Assembly: GCA_024641325.1 (NCBI GenBank)
Contig: JAHEDJ010000007.1
Coordinates: forward strand, 3,008 to 67,007
DNA from: a bacterium
Lineage (GTDB): Bacteria > Actinomycetota > Acidimicrobiia > Spongiisociales > JAHEDJ01
DNA length: 64,000 bases
Direction: 5' to 3'
Position numbers and translations under genes: made by a program. The notes below the pieces were generated by a model. That model was given only the letters and a program-made list of their open reading frames with translations, did not search any database and was not told the origin of the DNA. The number at the start of each line of letters is the position of its first letter. Within the stretch, counting starts at the first letter, position 1. Below are positions 1 through 10,196 of this stretch, in pieces.

Positions 1-480
1 TAGCTTCTCCCGGAAGATCTTCGGGTCGAAGAGATCCTGCACCCTGATCCCCTGGCGGGCGAACTTGTCGGTGTAGGCAGGTCCGATGCCCTTTTTGGTC
101 GTGCCGATCTGACTGCGTCCGAGGAAGCGTTCCATGACGGCATCGAGTTTGCGGTGGTAGGGCATGATCAGGTGAGCGTTGGACGAGATACGGAGCCGGC
201 TCGTGTCGATTCCTTTCCCGGCCAGCATGTCGATCTCGGCCAGCAGAACCCTGGGATCCACCACCATCCCGGAAGCAATCACGGGGATGACCTGCGGATA
301 CATGACCCCGCTGGGGATGAGCGATAGGGCGAGCTTCTGGTCTCCGACGATTATCGTGTGGCCCGCGTTGTTGCCGCCCTGATAGCGAACGACGTAGTCG
401 GCCTTCTCGGAGAAGTAGTCGGTGACCCGACCCTTCCCTTCGTCTCCCCACTGAGCGCCCAGAACTGCCGTGGCGGGCAT
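1..480 (-). CDS. purA: adenylosuccinate synthetase, N-terminal part (runs off window start)
   Basis: Own translation from ATG at 480: [42 protein letters not shown], the PurA signature; absent from the ORF track because it has no stop in the window. Confidence 0.97.
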   Translation of the reverse strand, partial: MPATAVLGAQWGDEGKGRVTDYFSEKADYVVRYQGGNNAGHTIIVGDQKLALSLIPSGVMYPQVIPVIASGMVVDPRVLLAEIDMLAGKGIDTSRLRISSNAHLIMPYHRKLDAVMERFLGRSQIGTTKKGIGPAYTDKFARQGIRVQDLFDPKIFREKL

Positions 481-575
481 GGATCCTCCTCGTGAGCCGC
501 CGCAGACATCGTAGCGACGTGAACCGAGCGGGCAGATACCCTTGATGCCACGTACACTGTGCTGCTGGAGGGACG

Positions 576-1184
576 ATGCCGAGAATTCGCGCAGGCAACA
601 TCGAAGAACACAAAGAACTGACTCGCGGTCAGATACTGGAAGCAGCTCAAGACCTCTTCAGCGAGCACGGCTATCAGGACACATCACTCGGTGACATCGC
701 CGCCTTCGTCGGTATAGGCCGCACAACTCTCTATGAGTACTTCAAGGACAAGGAAGATCTGCTGGCCTCGCTCGTCGACGAGACACTTCCGGAAGTGTTC
801 AAGGAGATGGCCGAACAACTCGATACGTCCGATTCGTTCCTAGACCAACTCGCCGACCTGGCCGTTCGACTCACGGAGTGGGTTGTTACGGATCCGACGC
901 TGGGGCTGTTGCTCCACAGAGAGGTGCCACGCCTCTCCGACACGACACAGGAACGCATTCGCGTGGCCCACGCGAACCTGTCGAAGGAGTATGCGCGGAT
1001 CTATCGAGGTGGTGTGATGGGTGGTGAGATGCGCGCTCTGCCGTGGGACCTCGCCGGCAGATTCGTCCAGGATGTCGTGATGTCGGCTTCGAAGGTCCTG
1101 CTCGATTCCGAGGATCCACAGAAACGGATGCGCGAAGTCTGCGACGCCATGGTTGACTTTCTCAAGAACGGCATCGGGACCTGA
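576..1184 (+). CDS. TetR/AcrR family transcriptional regulator
   Basis: N-terminal [47 protein letters not shown]. Confidence 0.93.
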   Translation: MPRIRAGNIEEHKELTRGQILEAAQDLFSEHGYQDTSLGDIAAFVGIGRTTLYEYFKDKEDLLASLVDETLPEVFKEMAEQLDTSDSFLDQLADLAVRLTEWVVTDPTLGLLLHREVPRLSDTTQERIRVAHANLSKEYARIYRGGVMGGEMRALPWDLAGRFVQDVVMSASKVLLDSEDPQKRMREVCDAMVDFLKNGIGT

Positions 1185-2386
1185 TGCCGCGCACCGTTTT
1201 TCGCGGTGGTGATCTATTCGATGGAACCGGTGCACCGATCACAAATGCCGACATCGTCGTCGAGGATGGCCGGTTCGTGGAGGTCGGTACGAACCTCGAC
1301 GCAGATGCCGAGATCGACTGCTCGAACAAGACTCTGCTTCCCGGACTCTTCGATGCTCATGTTCATCTGACTCTCAGCCACATCAACCTGTGGAAGCACA
1401 TCCAGACGCCGTTCTCCTACCGGTTCTATGAGGCCATCCACAATCTCGCTGCCACCGTCCGGGCAGGAATATCGACAGTCCGGGACGCAGGTGGCGCCGA
1501 TCTGGGTATGAAAGAAGCTGTGCAGAACGGCTTGGTGCTCGGCCCGCGAATGCAGATCTCGCTGGGGATGCTCAGCCAGACCGGAGGGCACGGGGACGGC
1601 TGGTTGCCATCCGGCGGCGAGGCCGATCTGCTGCCTTCGTATCCGGGGATGCCCTCGACTGTTGTAGATGGCCCCGAGGAGATGCGCCGGGCGGTGCGCG
1701 AGCTCGTGCGAGCCGGTGCGGACGTGATCAAAGTTGCGACATCAGGAGGCGTGCTGTCGCCCCGCGACGAGCCAACCCACGCTCACTTCAGCCCTGAGGA
1801 GCTGGATATGCTCGCAGCTGAGGCCGACGCGGCCGGCATCTGGGTGATGGCTCACGCACAGGCAACCGATGGGATCAAGAACGCCATTCGGGCCGGTATC
1901 CGATCGATCGATCACGGCATCTATCTCGATGAAGAAGCGATTGAAATGATGATCGAGCACGGAACCTACCTCGTTCCGACCTTGGTCGCGCCGAGAGGAG
2001 TGACCCGGGCGGTCGAGGCAGGTGCACAGATTCCAGAGGCATCGATTCGTAAAGCCGAAGAGGTCGTGGAGGTACACAAGGAATCTTTCCGCCGTGCCGT
2101 GCAGGCGGGGGTGAAGATCGCAATGGGCACGGACTCCGGCGTCACTCCCCACGGAGAGAATCTGAAGGAACTGACGCTCATGGTCGAAGGGGGAATGACA
2201 CCACTCGAGGCCCTGACCGCGACGACGAGGACCGCCGCCGAGCTGATGGGATTGGACACCAATCTCGGCACCGTGGAAACCGGCAAGCTGGCCGATCTCG
2301 TGATCGTGGAGGGCAATCCATTCGACTTCGATACCCTCGGGGGCCGTGTCGAGCAAGTCTGGATGGCCGGATCCCGGGTGGTTTGA
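1184..2386 (+). CDS. metal-dependent amidohydrolase (prolidase-like/Xaa-Pro dipeptidase subgroup)
   Basis: DAHVH, IKVATSGG, AHAQ, SIDHG and GTDSG metal-binding motifs; start overlaps the TetR stop. Confidence 0.88.
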   Translation: MPRTVFRGGDLFDGTGAPITNADIVVEDGRFVEVGTNLDADAEIDCSNKTLLPGLFDAHVHLTLSHINLWKHIQTPFSYRFYEAIHNLAATVRAGISTVRDAGGADLGMKEAVQNGLVLGPRMQISLGMLSQTGGHGDGWLPSGGEADLLPSYPGMPSTVVDGPEEMRRAVRELVRAGADVIKVATSGGVLSPRDEPTHAHFSPEELDMLAAEADAAGIWVMAHAQATDGIKNAIRAGIRSIDHGIYLDEEAIEMMIEHGTYLVPTLVAPRGVTRAVEAGAQIPEASIRKAEEVVEVHKESFRRAVQAGVKIAMGTDSGVTPHGENLKELTLMVEGGMTPLEALTATTRTAAELMGLDTNLGTVETGKLADLVIVEGNPFDFDTLGGRVEQVWMAGSRVV

Positions 2387-2389
2387 GGA

Positions 2390-3604
2390 GTGGTACATCA
2401 AAGGCAACGAGCTCCACGGCCACTGCGGTTGAAGGCGCGCAAGCCGTCGAGAAGGAGGCCGCCCAGGTGGTTGACCTGGATCGAGCCGATCACTCCCATA
2501 TTCCTCTCTCTCCACGGCGCCGTGTTCATGGTGGAATCGGGCGAGACGGATCCGGCCAAATGGGCGCTGGTCGTACTGACCGCGTTCGTGGGAGTTGCAG
2601 GGTTGGCGGGCTGGCGAACCGAACAAGCCATCCGCGTGCGCGCTTTTGGTCTGCTGCTGATCACCTGGGTGCTTTTGATCCTCGCGGGAGGTGTTCAGGC
2701 CTTCTTTACCCTCTGGTACTTCATGTTGGCGCCGGTATATGCGCTGGCCCTCGGCGGTCGGATCGCCTTTGTCTATCCAGTGGTGATCAGTCTCGTATAT
2801 CCGGCGCTCACGCTCATCACGGACGGAGTACTGCCCGCTTCGGTTCTCTGGGGGCGAACCGGCGTCATCGCCGGAACGGGCCTGATCGTTGCTGCGATTT
2901 CCCTCGAGCGCCGCCTCGCCTCGGAGGACGCAATGGGAACGAAGGATGAGTTCGTAGCATCCGTCTCCCACGAGTTGCGCACCCCCCTCACGGCAGTAGT
3001 GGGGTTGTCCGCTGAGCTCAAGGACCGGGTGAGTGACTTGACTACCGCAGAGGTCGCCGAGTTCGCCGGCATGGTGCACCGTCAGTCGATAGAGGTCGTC
3101 AACATCGTCGAGGACTTGTTGGTTGCGGCTCGAGCAGAAGCCGGCATGGTCAGCATCAAGATTGAGGCCGTCGATCTGCGTGCCGAGGTCGATGTAGTCG
3201 CACGAGAAGTTGCGCAACTCAACCCGGCCGTACCGTTCGAGATCGTGGTGAGAGGCGGGGCTCTCATCGGCTCGGGCGACCCCGTTCGCGTTCGTCAGAT
3301 CTTGAGGAACGTCATGACAAATGCCGCTCGATACGGCGGCGAGCAAATCGCGGTGCGCCTGTTCGGCGAACCTCCCATGGCGGTTGTTGAGATCGCCGAC
3401 AATGGACCGGGTGTCCAGGCGGATGATCGGGAAGTGATCTTCGAACCCTACGGCCGCGCTCATGTCGAATCAACGCAGCCGAGTTCGATCGGTCTCGGGT
3501 TGGCCGTTTCACGGACACTGGCCCGGCTCATGAGCGGAGAGCTTTCCTATCACAGGGCTGATGGGTGGAGCATCTTCCGGTTCGAGGTGCCGGGGACCGA
3601 TTGA
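2390..3604 (+). CDS. membrane sensor histidine kinase
   Basis: About 5-6 hydrophobic segments, H-box FVASVSHELRTPLT, N-box NVMTNAARY, G1 DNGPG, G2 GLGL. Confidence 0.9.
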   Translation: MVHQRQRAPRPLRLKARKPSRRRPPRWLTWIEPITPIFLSLHGAVFMVESGETDPAKWALVVLTAFVGVAGLAGWRTEQAIRVRAFGLLLITWVLLILAGGVQAFFTLWYFMLAPVYALALGGRIAFVYPVVISLVYPALTLITDGVLPASVLWGRTGVIAGTGLIVAAISLERRLASEDAMGTKDEFVASVSHELRTPLTAVVGLSAELKDRVSDLTTAEVAEFAGMVHRQSIEVVNIVEDLLVAARAEAGMVSIKIEAVDLRAEVDVVAREVAQLNPAVPFEIVVRGGALIGSGDPVRVRQILRNVMTNAARYGGEQIAVRLFGEPPMAVVEIADNGPGVQADDREVIFEPYGRAHVESTQPSSIGLGLAVSRTLARLMSGELSYHRADGWSIFRFEVPGTD

Positions 3605-3724
3605 TGGCGTTCTGGCAGCCGTCGGGCTGTTTTCCAGGACACATCACCTGGACTAGATCAGCGGTTTCGATGGGACTCTCCTCGATTTGCTCTTCCTCCA
3701 GTCCGCTAGCTTGGGCGGCAGATC

Positions 3725-5761
3725 ATGACCCGTATCAGCAAGTTCAACGACCGGGAGCTGTCGTGGCTCGACTTCAACTCCCGGGTTCTATCGATCGCCG
3801 AGGATCCTGAGACTCCGCTGCTCGAGCGGATCAAGTTCCTCGCCATCTTTACGACGAACCTCGATGAGTTCTTCGAGATTCGTGTGGCCGGGATTCTCGA
3901 GCAGGTGGCCGCCGGGATCCGGCGACCGGCCCTCGGCGGCATGTATCCGACGGCGCAGTTGAAGGCCGTACGTGCCCGCGTCACGAATCTGTATCAGCGA
4001 GTCGACAAAGCACTGCGTGACGAAATCGTCCCCGGCCTTGCTGCCGCCGGCGTGTTCTTCAGGTCCTGGGATGAGCTGAGCGAGAGCGATCAGGCCTATC
4101 TGACCGTACAGTTCCACTCCCGGGTCTTTCCCGTGGTCACCCCGCTTTCGGTAGATCCCGGCCACCCGTTCCCCTACCTCTCGAACATGTCTCTCAATCT
4201 GGCCGTCACGGTGCGTGATCCGTCGACGAGCGTGGCGCGCTTCGCCAGAGTCAAGGTTCCACCGATCCTGCCGCGGTTTCTCGTCCTGCCGGGTGGTGAC
4301 CAAATCGTTTCCCTCGAAAATGTCATCGCCGCTCATCTCGATGCTCTCTTCCCGGGCATGGAGATCGTGTCGCACGTTGCGTTCCGGGTCACCCGCAATG
4401 CCGACCTGGAGATCGAGGAGGAAGAAGCCGACGATCTCCTCGAGTTCATCGAAAGCGAGCTCAGCCGGCGCCGATTCGGACGCGTCGTTCGACTCGAAGT
4501 CGAGCCGAATATCACCGAAGACGCGCTGAGCCTTCTCGTCAGGGAGCTCAACATTGGCCCTGATCAGGTCTACATGACCGAGGGCCCGCTCGATATGACC
4601 GGCTTCTGGGGCCTCTACGAACTCGACCGCCCGGATCTGAAGTGGGGTTCGTACGTCTGGGTGACTCCCCGGCAGCTGGCATCCAAACCGGGCGAACGGA
4701 TGAACATCTTTGACCGGATCAGGGAAGGCGATATCTTCGTCCAACACCCCTACGATTCTTTTGCGGCGTCAGTCGAGGAACTGGTAACGCAGGCGGCATC
4801 GGACCCGAAGGTACTGGCGATCAAGCAGACTCTGTACCGGACGACCGCCGACTCACCCTCCATGCACTCGCTCATCGCGGCCGCCGAAGCGGGCAAACAG
4901 GTGGTAGCTCTCGTCGAACTCAAAGCCCGTTTCGATGAACAGGCCAACATCGAGTGGGCGCGGCGCCTGGAGGAGTCCAGCGTGCACGTCGTCTACGGCC
5001 TGGTCGGTCTCAAGACTCACACGAAGACGACCCTGGTCGTGAGAGATGATGGTGATGAGATCCGCAGGTACTCGCATGTGGGAACAGGGAACTACCACAA
5101 CAAGACGGCCCGGATCTACGAGGACGTCGGGCTTCTCACCGCAGATCCGGACATCGGCGCAGATCTATCCGATTTGTTCAATTACCTGACCGGATATAGC
5201 AAGCAGGTCGAGTATCGCAAGCTTCTCGTGTCTCCCATGACGCTCCGGAAGCGGATGGTCAAGCTAATCCGCAGGGAAGCCAAGCGCGATGACGGGCACA
5301 TCGTCATGAAGATGAACTCGCTCGTCGATGGCGGCATGATTCGGGAGCTGTACAGGGCTTCACAGGCCGGAACCCGGGTCGACCTGATAGTGCGTGGCAT
5401 TTGCTGTCTGCGCCCCGGTGTCGAAGGGCTCTCTGAAAACATCACCGTGCGTTCGTTGGTGGGCAAATACCTGGAGCATTCCCGCATATACCGATTCGGA
5501 ACCAAAGACCGTGGCTACGAGTACCTCATCGGTTCGGCGGACCTCATGCCGCGCAATCTCGACCGGCGTGTCGAGGTCGTTGGTCCGGTCACCGATCCCT
5601 CACATCAGGATCGTCTCGACGAAGTGTTCGAGATTCTCTTTGCCGACGATGAGCTTGCATGGGAGTTGCAGTCGGATGGAATGTGGCGCAAGATCGAGAC
5701 CGTGCAAGGTCTGAATGCACACAAGCGTCTCCAGAGTCTGGCCATCGAACGTACGAGGTGA
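3725..5761 (+). CDS. ppk1: polyphosphate kinase 1
   Basis: FNDRELSWLDFNSRVL, HPYDSF, ELKARFDE, GTGNY, LEHSRIY, GSADLMPRNLDRRVE. Confidence 0.97.
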   Translation: MTRISKFNDRELSWLDFNSRVLSIAEDPETPLLERIKFLAIFTTNLDEFFEIRVAGILEQVAAGIRRPALGGMYPTAQLKAVRARVTNLYQRVDKALRDEIVPGLAAAGVFFRSWDELSESDQAYLTVQFHSRVFPVVTPLSVDPGHPFPYLSNMSLNLAVTVRDPSTSVARFARVKVPPILPRFLVLPGGDQIVSLENVIAAHLDALFPGMEIVSHVAFRVTRNADLEIEEEEADDLLEFIESELSRRRFGRVVRLEVEPNITEDALSLLVRELNIGPDQVYMTEGPLDMTGFWGLYELDRPDLKWGSYVWVTPRQLASKPGERMNIFDRIREGDIFVQHPYDSFAASVEELVTQAASDPKVLAIKQTLYRTTADSPSMHSLIAAAEAGKQVVALVELKARFDEQANIEWARRLEESSVHVVYGLVGLKTHTKTTLVVRDDGDEIRRYSHVGTGNYHNKTARIYEDVGLLTADPDIGADLSDLFNYLTGYSKQVEYRKLLVSPMTLRKRMVKLIRREAKRDDGHIVMKMNSLVDGGMIRELYRASQAGTRVDLIVRGICCLRPGVEGLSENITVRSLVGKYLEHSRIYRFGTKDRGYEYLIGSADLMPRNLDRRVEVVGPVTDPSHQDRLDEVFEILFADDELAWELQSDGMWRKIETVQGLNAHKRLQSLAIERTR

Positions 5762-5780
5762 ATATGTCGGAGCGCTGGTC

Positions 5781-6659
5781 GTGAGCATCGAACCCGAGCA
5801 GCAACCGACCATTCGCCAGGTCGTACAGACCTCAATCGCCGACACGGTTCGCCGCTATCTGGACAACGCCCCCGCCATTACACGCCACGAGGAGCCGGAG
5901 GGAGTTCATCAGGCCAGGGTGGCCACCAGAAGGCTTCGTTCCGATTTCCGCACATTTCGTCGGTTCCTCGATCAAGACTGGGCAGATCAGCTGCGGCGAG
6001 ACCTCCGGGCGCTCACCGATTTGTTGGGACCTGTGCGCGACCTGGACGTGCTGCACATGCACCTGGCCGGGCTCATTGAACAGGTGCCCGATTCTGAACG
6101 CCGGGCAGCGGAAGCGATCCTCACGGCTCTCGACGCCGAGCGCCGGGATGCCCGCAGCCGCGTTGCCGAGGGTTTCCACGAACCGTGGTATCCGGATTTG
6201 CTGGATCGTCTGATTGAAGCGGGCGAAACTCCGCGGCTCGTTGAAGCAGCGAATCTCCCTGCCGGTCCAATTCTGTTGAAATTGGCTCGTAAGCCCTGGC
6301 GCAGACTTCGCGCGGCGGTGCGTGATCTGCCTGTGGATCCGACGCCGGTCGAGCTGCACCGGATCCGGATCTTGACCAAACGGGCCAGATATGCGGCTGA
6401 AGCAGTGTCACCGGTTGGCGGAGAGGCGGCGGAGGGTTTTGCCTTTTCGCTCTCCGAACTCCAGGACATGCTCGGCGAGCATCAGGACGCGGTGGTGGCG
6501 GGACAGTGGCTGCGCAGGCGAGATTCTTCTCTGGCACTGGCGGCAGGAGAGCTGATCGGCTTCGAGGTCTCCAGGTCCAATCGGGCCGCCGCCGGTTGGC
6601 GGGTAATCTGGGATTCAATCGATAGCGGCGAGCCGGCGGATTGGCTGGAGCCGCAATGA
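5781..6659 (+). CDS. CHAD domain protein (polyphosphate-binding)
   Basis: EGVHQARVATRRLRS, LGPVRDLDV, LHRIRILTKRARY, LQDMLGEHQD; GTG start at 5781 preceded by GGAG; adjacent to ppk1. Confidence 0.9.
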   Translation: MSIEPEQQPTIRQVVQTSIADTVRRYLDNAPAITRHEEPEGVHQARVATRRLRSDFRTFRRFLDQDWADQLRRDLRALTDLLGPVRDLDVLHMHLAGLIEQVPDSERRAAEAILTALDAERRDARSRVAEGFHEPWYPDLLDRLIEAGETPRLVEAANLPAGPILLKLARKPWRRLRAAVRDLPVDPTPVELHRIRILTKRARYAAEAVSPVGGEAAEGFAFSLSELQDMLGEHQDAVVAGQWLRRRDSSLALAAGELIGFEVSRSNRAAAGWRVIWDSIDSGEPADWLEPQ

Positions 6660-6774
6660 CACGCGACGGGCAACCGGCGATTTGCACTCTTGTACCGACA
6701 TGTTGTCGGTTTCCCCCCATCGCCTTCAGCGATCTATGATCGCCCAGTCGATTGACCAGCACCAGTAGGAAGGG

Positions 6775-7524
6775 ATGCCGATGCCGGTGGCGAGGACAAC
6801 GTTGCGGAGTTTCGTGGTCCTTGTATTCGCCCTGCTGCTCGCCGCGAGCCTTGCCTCGATGGCCGGCGCCCAGGATGAGACGACCGAATCGACGTCGGGA
6901 GAGGCACCGGTTCGAGAGGTCAACGAGGCCGGCCAAGCCATCTACGACTCTGTTTGCTTTGCTTGCCATCAACCGAACGGAGAAGGTACGGCCGTCTTCC
7001 CTCCGCTCTATCCGAATCCTCATGTCGATGACGCCGTTTATGTCGAGGATGTGATCAGAAACGGGCGCACCGGAGAGATAGTCGTCAATGGGGTCACCTA
7101 CAACGGCCGCATGCCGGCTCAGAATTTGACCGATGAAGAGATCACGGCAGTGATCGACTACGTCCAGTTCGATCTCGGTCGTCTACCTGTAACTCCGGGC
7201 GAAGTGGTTGGAGAGGACGCCTTTCCCTGGGGCCTCCTCACCTTGTTCGCTCTCGTGTCCGTGCTGGCGGTCGGGATCGCCTACATAATCGTCACACCCG
7301 GCGGCGAGGGCTTCACCTGGGCGAGGGCCTGGTGGTTGGCCGCTGTCGTGTTCTTGTACTTCGCAATCGCAACGGTCTGGCTGCCCGACTATGTGATCAA
7401 CGAGCCTGCGTTGGCGTCGATGCCGGATCTCGTCAGGGATCTAGCCGCCGCCGGTGCGTGGTTCGTCGCGCTGGCCGCGGGTATCTACTCGCTGCGAATC
7501 CTCCAGAAACGCGGCCGGGTCTGA
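6775..7524 (+). CDS. c552-like cytochrome c with signal peptide and C-terminal ~3-TM anchor
   Basis: Signal peptide, CFACH heme motif, FPPL, YNGRM axial Met, hydrophobic C-terminal segments. Confidence 0.88.
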   Translation: MPMPVARTTLRSFVVLVFALLLAASLASMAGAQDETTESTSGEAPVREVNEAGQAIYDSVCFACHQPNGEGTAVFPPLYPNPHVDDAVYVEDVIRNGRTGEIVVNGVTYNGRMPAQNLTDEEITAVIDYVQFDLGRLPVTPGEVVGEDAFPWGLLTLFALVSVLAVGIAYIIVTPGGEGFTWARAWWLAAVVFLYFAIATVWLPDYVINEPALASMPDLVRDLAAAGAWFVALAAGIYSLRILQKRGRV

Positions 7525-7753
7525 GCCATTCGGCGTAGCCGAGTGAAGCACCTGATACCCGGTACCTGGTACCAGGTGCGGAGGCGTCCGCCCCGGACGG
7601 CGACCGTTTCCGACGCCGTGTTGCCATCGTCGTCGATCGTCCTCTATGCTCGCTCGCAGCGCGGAGGGTGAGGATTCTACGACCTGCGAGTCGGGTTGCT
7701 CTCGGTCCCGACTCGCCGTTTGGGCAGTGCACGACCGGTGGAGAGCTATCACC

Positions 7754-7894
7754 ATGGAAGAGATCAAGTCCACTGAGGAGGAGTTCCACCCGAAGGGCAC
7801 GGCCCTCGTTCTCGCGATCTTCGTCCTCGTTCTGATTCTGCTGTGGGGGACCGTGTACCTGATTCTTCTGTCGAGAGGGATGACGACGGTATGA
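7754..7894 (+). CDS. cbaD: ba3-type oxidase small subunit IIa (CbaD-like), 46 aa
   Basis: MEEIKSTEEEFHPKGTALVLAIFVLVLILLWGTVYLILLSRG: single TM with the PKG...W..Y....RG pattern of Thermus CbaD; ATGA overlap with subunit II. Confidence 0.8.
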   Translation: MEEIKSTEEEFHPKGTALVLAIFVLVLILLWGTVYLILLSRGMTTV

Positions 7895-8403
7895 GTGAAG
7901 AAACCCCCGAAGTCTCAGCGGAGACCTCACTTCACATTGATCCGTACGAGAGAAACTGGATGCGCCTAACGGTCGTACTTCTGGTCGTGTTCGCGACGGC
8001 TGTAACGATTGCCGGATTTGCATTGGGTTTCCAGGTTCCCAGCCCCGAAGAACGGGTCGATCCGAGGACGGTTGCCATCGGTGACGGTCCATTCGCGGAT
8101 CCCGGTCTTCGTGAATACCCCGACGGTAGCTACGACCTCTACATCGTCTCTCAGATGTTCTCTTTCAGTCCGAACGAGGTGACGGTGCGCGCCGGATCTG
8201 AAGTGACCTTCTACGTGACCTCGATCGACGTCCAGCATGGTTTCAAACTTCAGAACACCAACGTGAACATGCAGATAGTCCCCGGCCAGGTATCGAAACT
8301 GACGGTGACGTTCGATGAACCCGGAACCTATGACTACATCTGCACCGAGTACTGCGGTAGTGCCCACGCGCAGATGTACGGCACGCTGACGGTCGAGAAG
8401 TGA
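7891..8403 (+). CDS. cbaB: ba3-type cytochrome c oxidase subunit II (CuA)
   Basis: One N-terminal TM with YE motif, DVQHG, CTEYCGSAHAQM CuA ligands; ATG at 7891. Confidence 0.93.
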   Translation: MSEETPEVSAETSLHIDPYERNWMRLTVVLLVVFATAVTIAGFALGFQVPSPEERVDPRTVAIGDGPFADPGLREYPDGSYDLYIVSQMFSFSPNEVTVRAGSEVTFYVTSIDVQHGFKLQNTNVNMQIVPGQVSKLTVTFDEPGTYDYICTEYCGSAHAQMYGTLTVEK

Positions 8404-8419
8404 GCGCGGAGGGACTCAG

Positions 8420-10081
8420 ATGCTGACCACACCCACCTACGAGCTCACGAAGTCGGAGAAGAGCTTCGTTTCGATCCACCTGTTGTTCGCGTTTGTCGCG
8501 CTTGCGATCGGAACGCTGTTCGGACCGCTCCAGGCATTCGAGTTCAGCGGAGTCGACTTCTATCCGCTCCTCGAGCCGGTCATTCAGTCCTATTACCAGG
8601 GCCTCACCCTGCACGGTGTGCTGAACGCGCTGATTTTCACGACGTTCTTCATCACAGGATTCCTCACGCTGACCACCATCTACGGGCTCAAGCGGCCCCT
8701 CAAGTACCCGCTGCTCAACCAGATCGGGTTCTGGACGATGGTCGTCGGACTCGTGATGGCGGCCGTCCCGATTCTGCTCAACCAGGCGAGCGTCCTCTAT
8801 ACGTTCTACCCGCCGCTCAAAGCGAACGTCTTCTTCTACTTTGGACTGACCCTGGTGGTGGTAGGTAGCTGGATCGAAGGCTACGGCTTCATCTTCACGT
8901 GGCGTGAGTGGCGCAAGGAGAATCCGGGCGTTCGCACACCGCTGATGACGTTCGGCGGTCTCATCACGATGGTGATGTGGCAACTCGCCACCCTTGGTGT
9001 GGCGGTTGAGATCTTGACCATGCTGATTCCGTGGGCACTGGGTTGGATCGACGGGGTAGATCCACAGCTGGCCCGAACCTACTTCTGGTTCACCGGCCAT
9101 CCTCTGGTCTATTTCTGGCTATTGCCTGCCTACGTGTCGTGGTACGCCATGCTCCCCAAGCAGGCCGGCGGCAAGCTCTTCAGCGACTCGCTGGCGAGGA
9201 TCGCCTTCTGGCTGTTCCTGCTTCTCTCGGTCCCGCTCGGATTCCACCATCAGTTCGTGGATCCGGGCGTCCCGGCCGGGTGGAAGTACATCCACGCGGT
9301 CCTCACCTACTCGGTCTTCTTCCCGTCGATGATTACCGCGTTCACGGTCATTGCGTCGCTCGAGCGGGCGGGTCGCGCCCGCGGCGGCAAGGGCTGGCTC
9401 GGCTGGATTCCCAAACTGCCGTGGAACGATCCGTCGGTCAGTGCCCAGTTGCTGGCCGGAATCCTGTTCTTCTTCGGCGGGATTGGCGGCATCACCAACG
9501 CCTCATACAACATCAATCTCGTCATCCACAACACCGCCTGGGTTTCGGGTCATTTCCATCTGACGGTGGCGTCGGCCGTGGCGTTGTCCTTCATGGGAAT
9601 TTCCTACTGGCTCGTCCCTTATCTGCGCGGCAAGAGGCTCTGGAGCCGCAAGTGGGCCGTTATTCAAACGTGGCTGTGGTTCGTCGGCATGCTGATCTTC
9701 TCGAACGCCATGCACGTCCTAGGGCTGCTCGGTGCTCCCCGGCGAACGCCACTCGGTGAAGCGCCTTATATCCCTGAGGAATGGAGCGGGCACCTGCTTC
9801 GTACCAGCATCGGAGGAGCGATCCTCATGGTGTCGGCATACATGTTCATCTACAACATCGCCAGGACCTGGTGGTCGAAGAAGCTGAACGCCGGCCCGGG
9901 CGAATTGGTCGAGATTCCAGCCGCCGAGTCGGTGCATCCCGCCCAGCAGACGCCTGCCAAGCTCGACTGGTGGACGCCGTGGCTCATCGGGACGGTAGCC
10001 CTGATTCTCGTTGCCTACGGACCCCAGTTGATCGAGCAGATCGGCAACATCGACCTGTCATCGCCTGGAGTGATGCCTTAG
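8420..10081 (+). CDS. cbaA: ba3-type (B-family) heme-copper oxidase subunit I
   Basis: LTLHG, GHPLVYFWLLPAY (His-Tyr crosslink), GFHHQFVDPG, GHFHLTV. Confidence 0.95.
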   Translation: MLTTPTYELTKSEKSFVSIHLLFAFVALAIGTLFGPLQAFEFSGVDFYPLLEPVIQSYYQGLTLHGVLNALIFTTFFITGFLTLTTIYGLKRPLKYPLLNQIGFWTMVVGLVMAAVPILLNQASVLYTFYPPLKANVFFYFGLTLVVVGSWIEGYGFIFTWREWRKENPGVRTPLMTFGGLITMVMWQLATLGVAVEILTMLIPWALGWIDGVDPQLARTYFWFTGHPLVYFWLLPAYVSWYAMLPKQAGGKLFSDSLARIAFWLFLLLSVPLGFHHQFVDPGVPAGWKYIHAVLTYSVFFPSMITAFTVIASLERAGRARGGKGWLGWIPKLPWNDPSVSAQLLAGILFFFGGIGGITNASYNINLVIHNTAWVSGHFHLTVASAVALSFMGISYWLVPYLRGKRLWSRKWAVIQTWLWFVGMLIFSNAMHVLGLLGAPRRTPLGEAPYIPEEWSGHLLRTSIGGAILMVSAYMFIYNIARTWWSKKLNAGPGELVEIPAAESVHPAQQTPAKLDWWTPWLIGTVALILVAYGPQLIEQIGNIDLSSPGVMP

Positions 10082-10196
10082 GGAGTCGCGAGTCTCCGGA
10101 CCTCCGGGACTACGGGAGCCAATTGCCAATTGCCTTCTGCCTTCTGCTCCCGGTTGTGAGTGAGATCTCATTTCGTCTCGTTACGATCACTCCCTC

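Noticed and set aside
1742-3463. 573-aa minus-strand ORF
   Set aside because: Antisense shadow of the amidohydrolase and kinase genes; no motifs; long shadow ORFs are expected at this GC content
8420-10081. Possibility that subunit I is a B-family-derived nitric oxide reductase
   Set aside because: The crosslink Tyr, CuB histidines and K-channel-equivalent residues are all retained
10154-10171. Rex-operator-like TTGTGAG-TGAG-ATCTCAT upstream of the cytochrome b fusion
   Set aside because: The right arm matches only 4 of 7 positions of TTCACAA; too weak without comparative support
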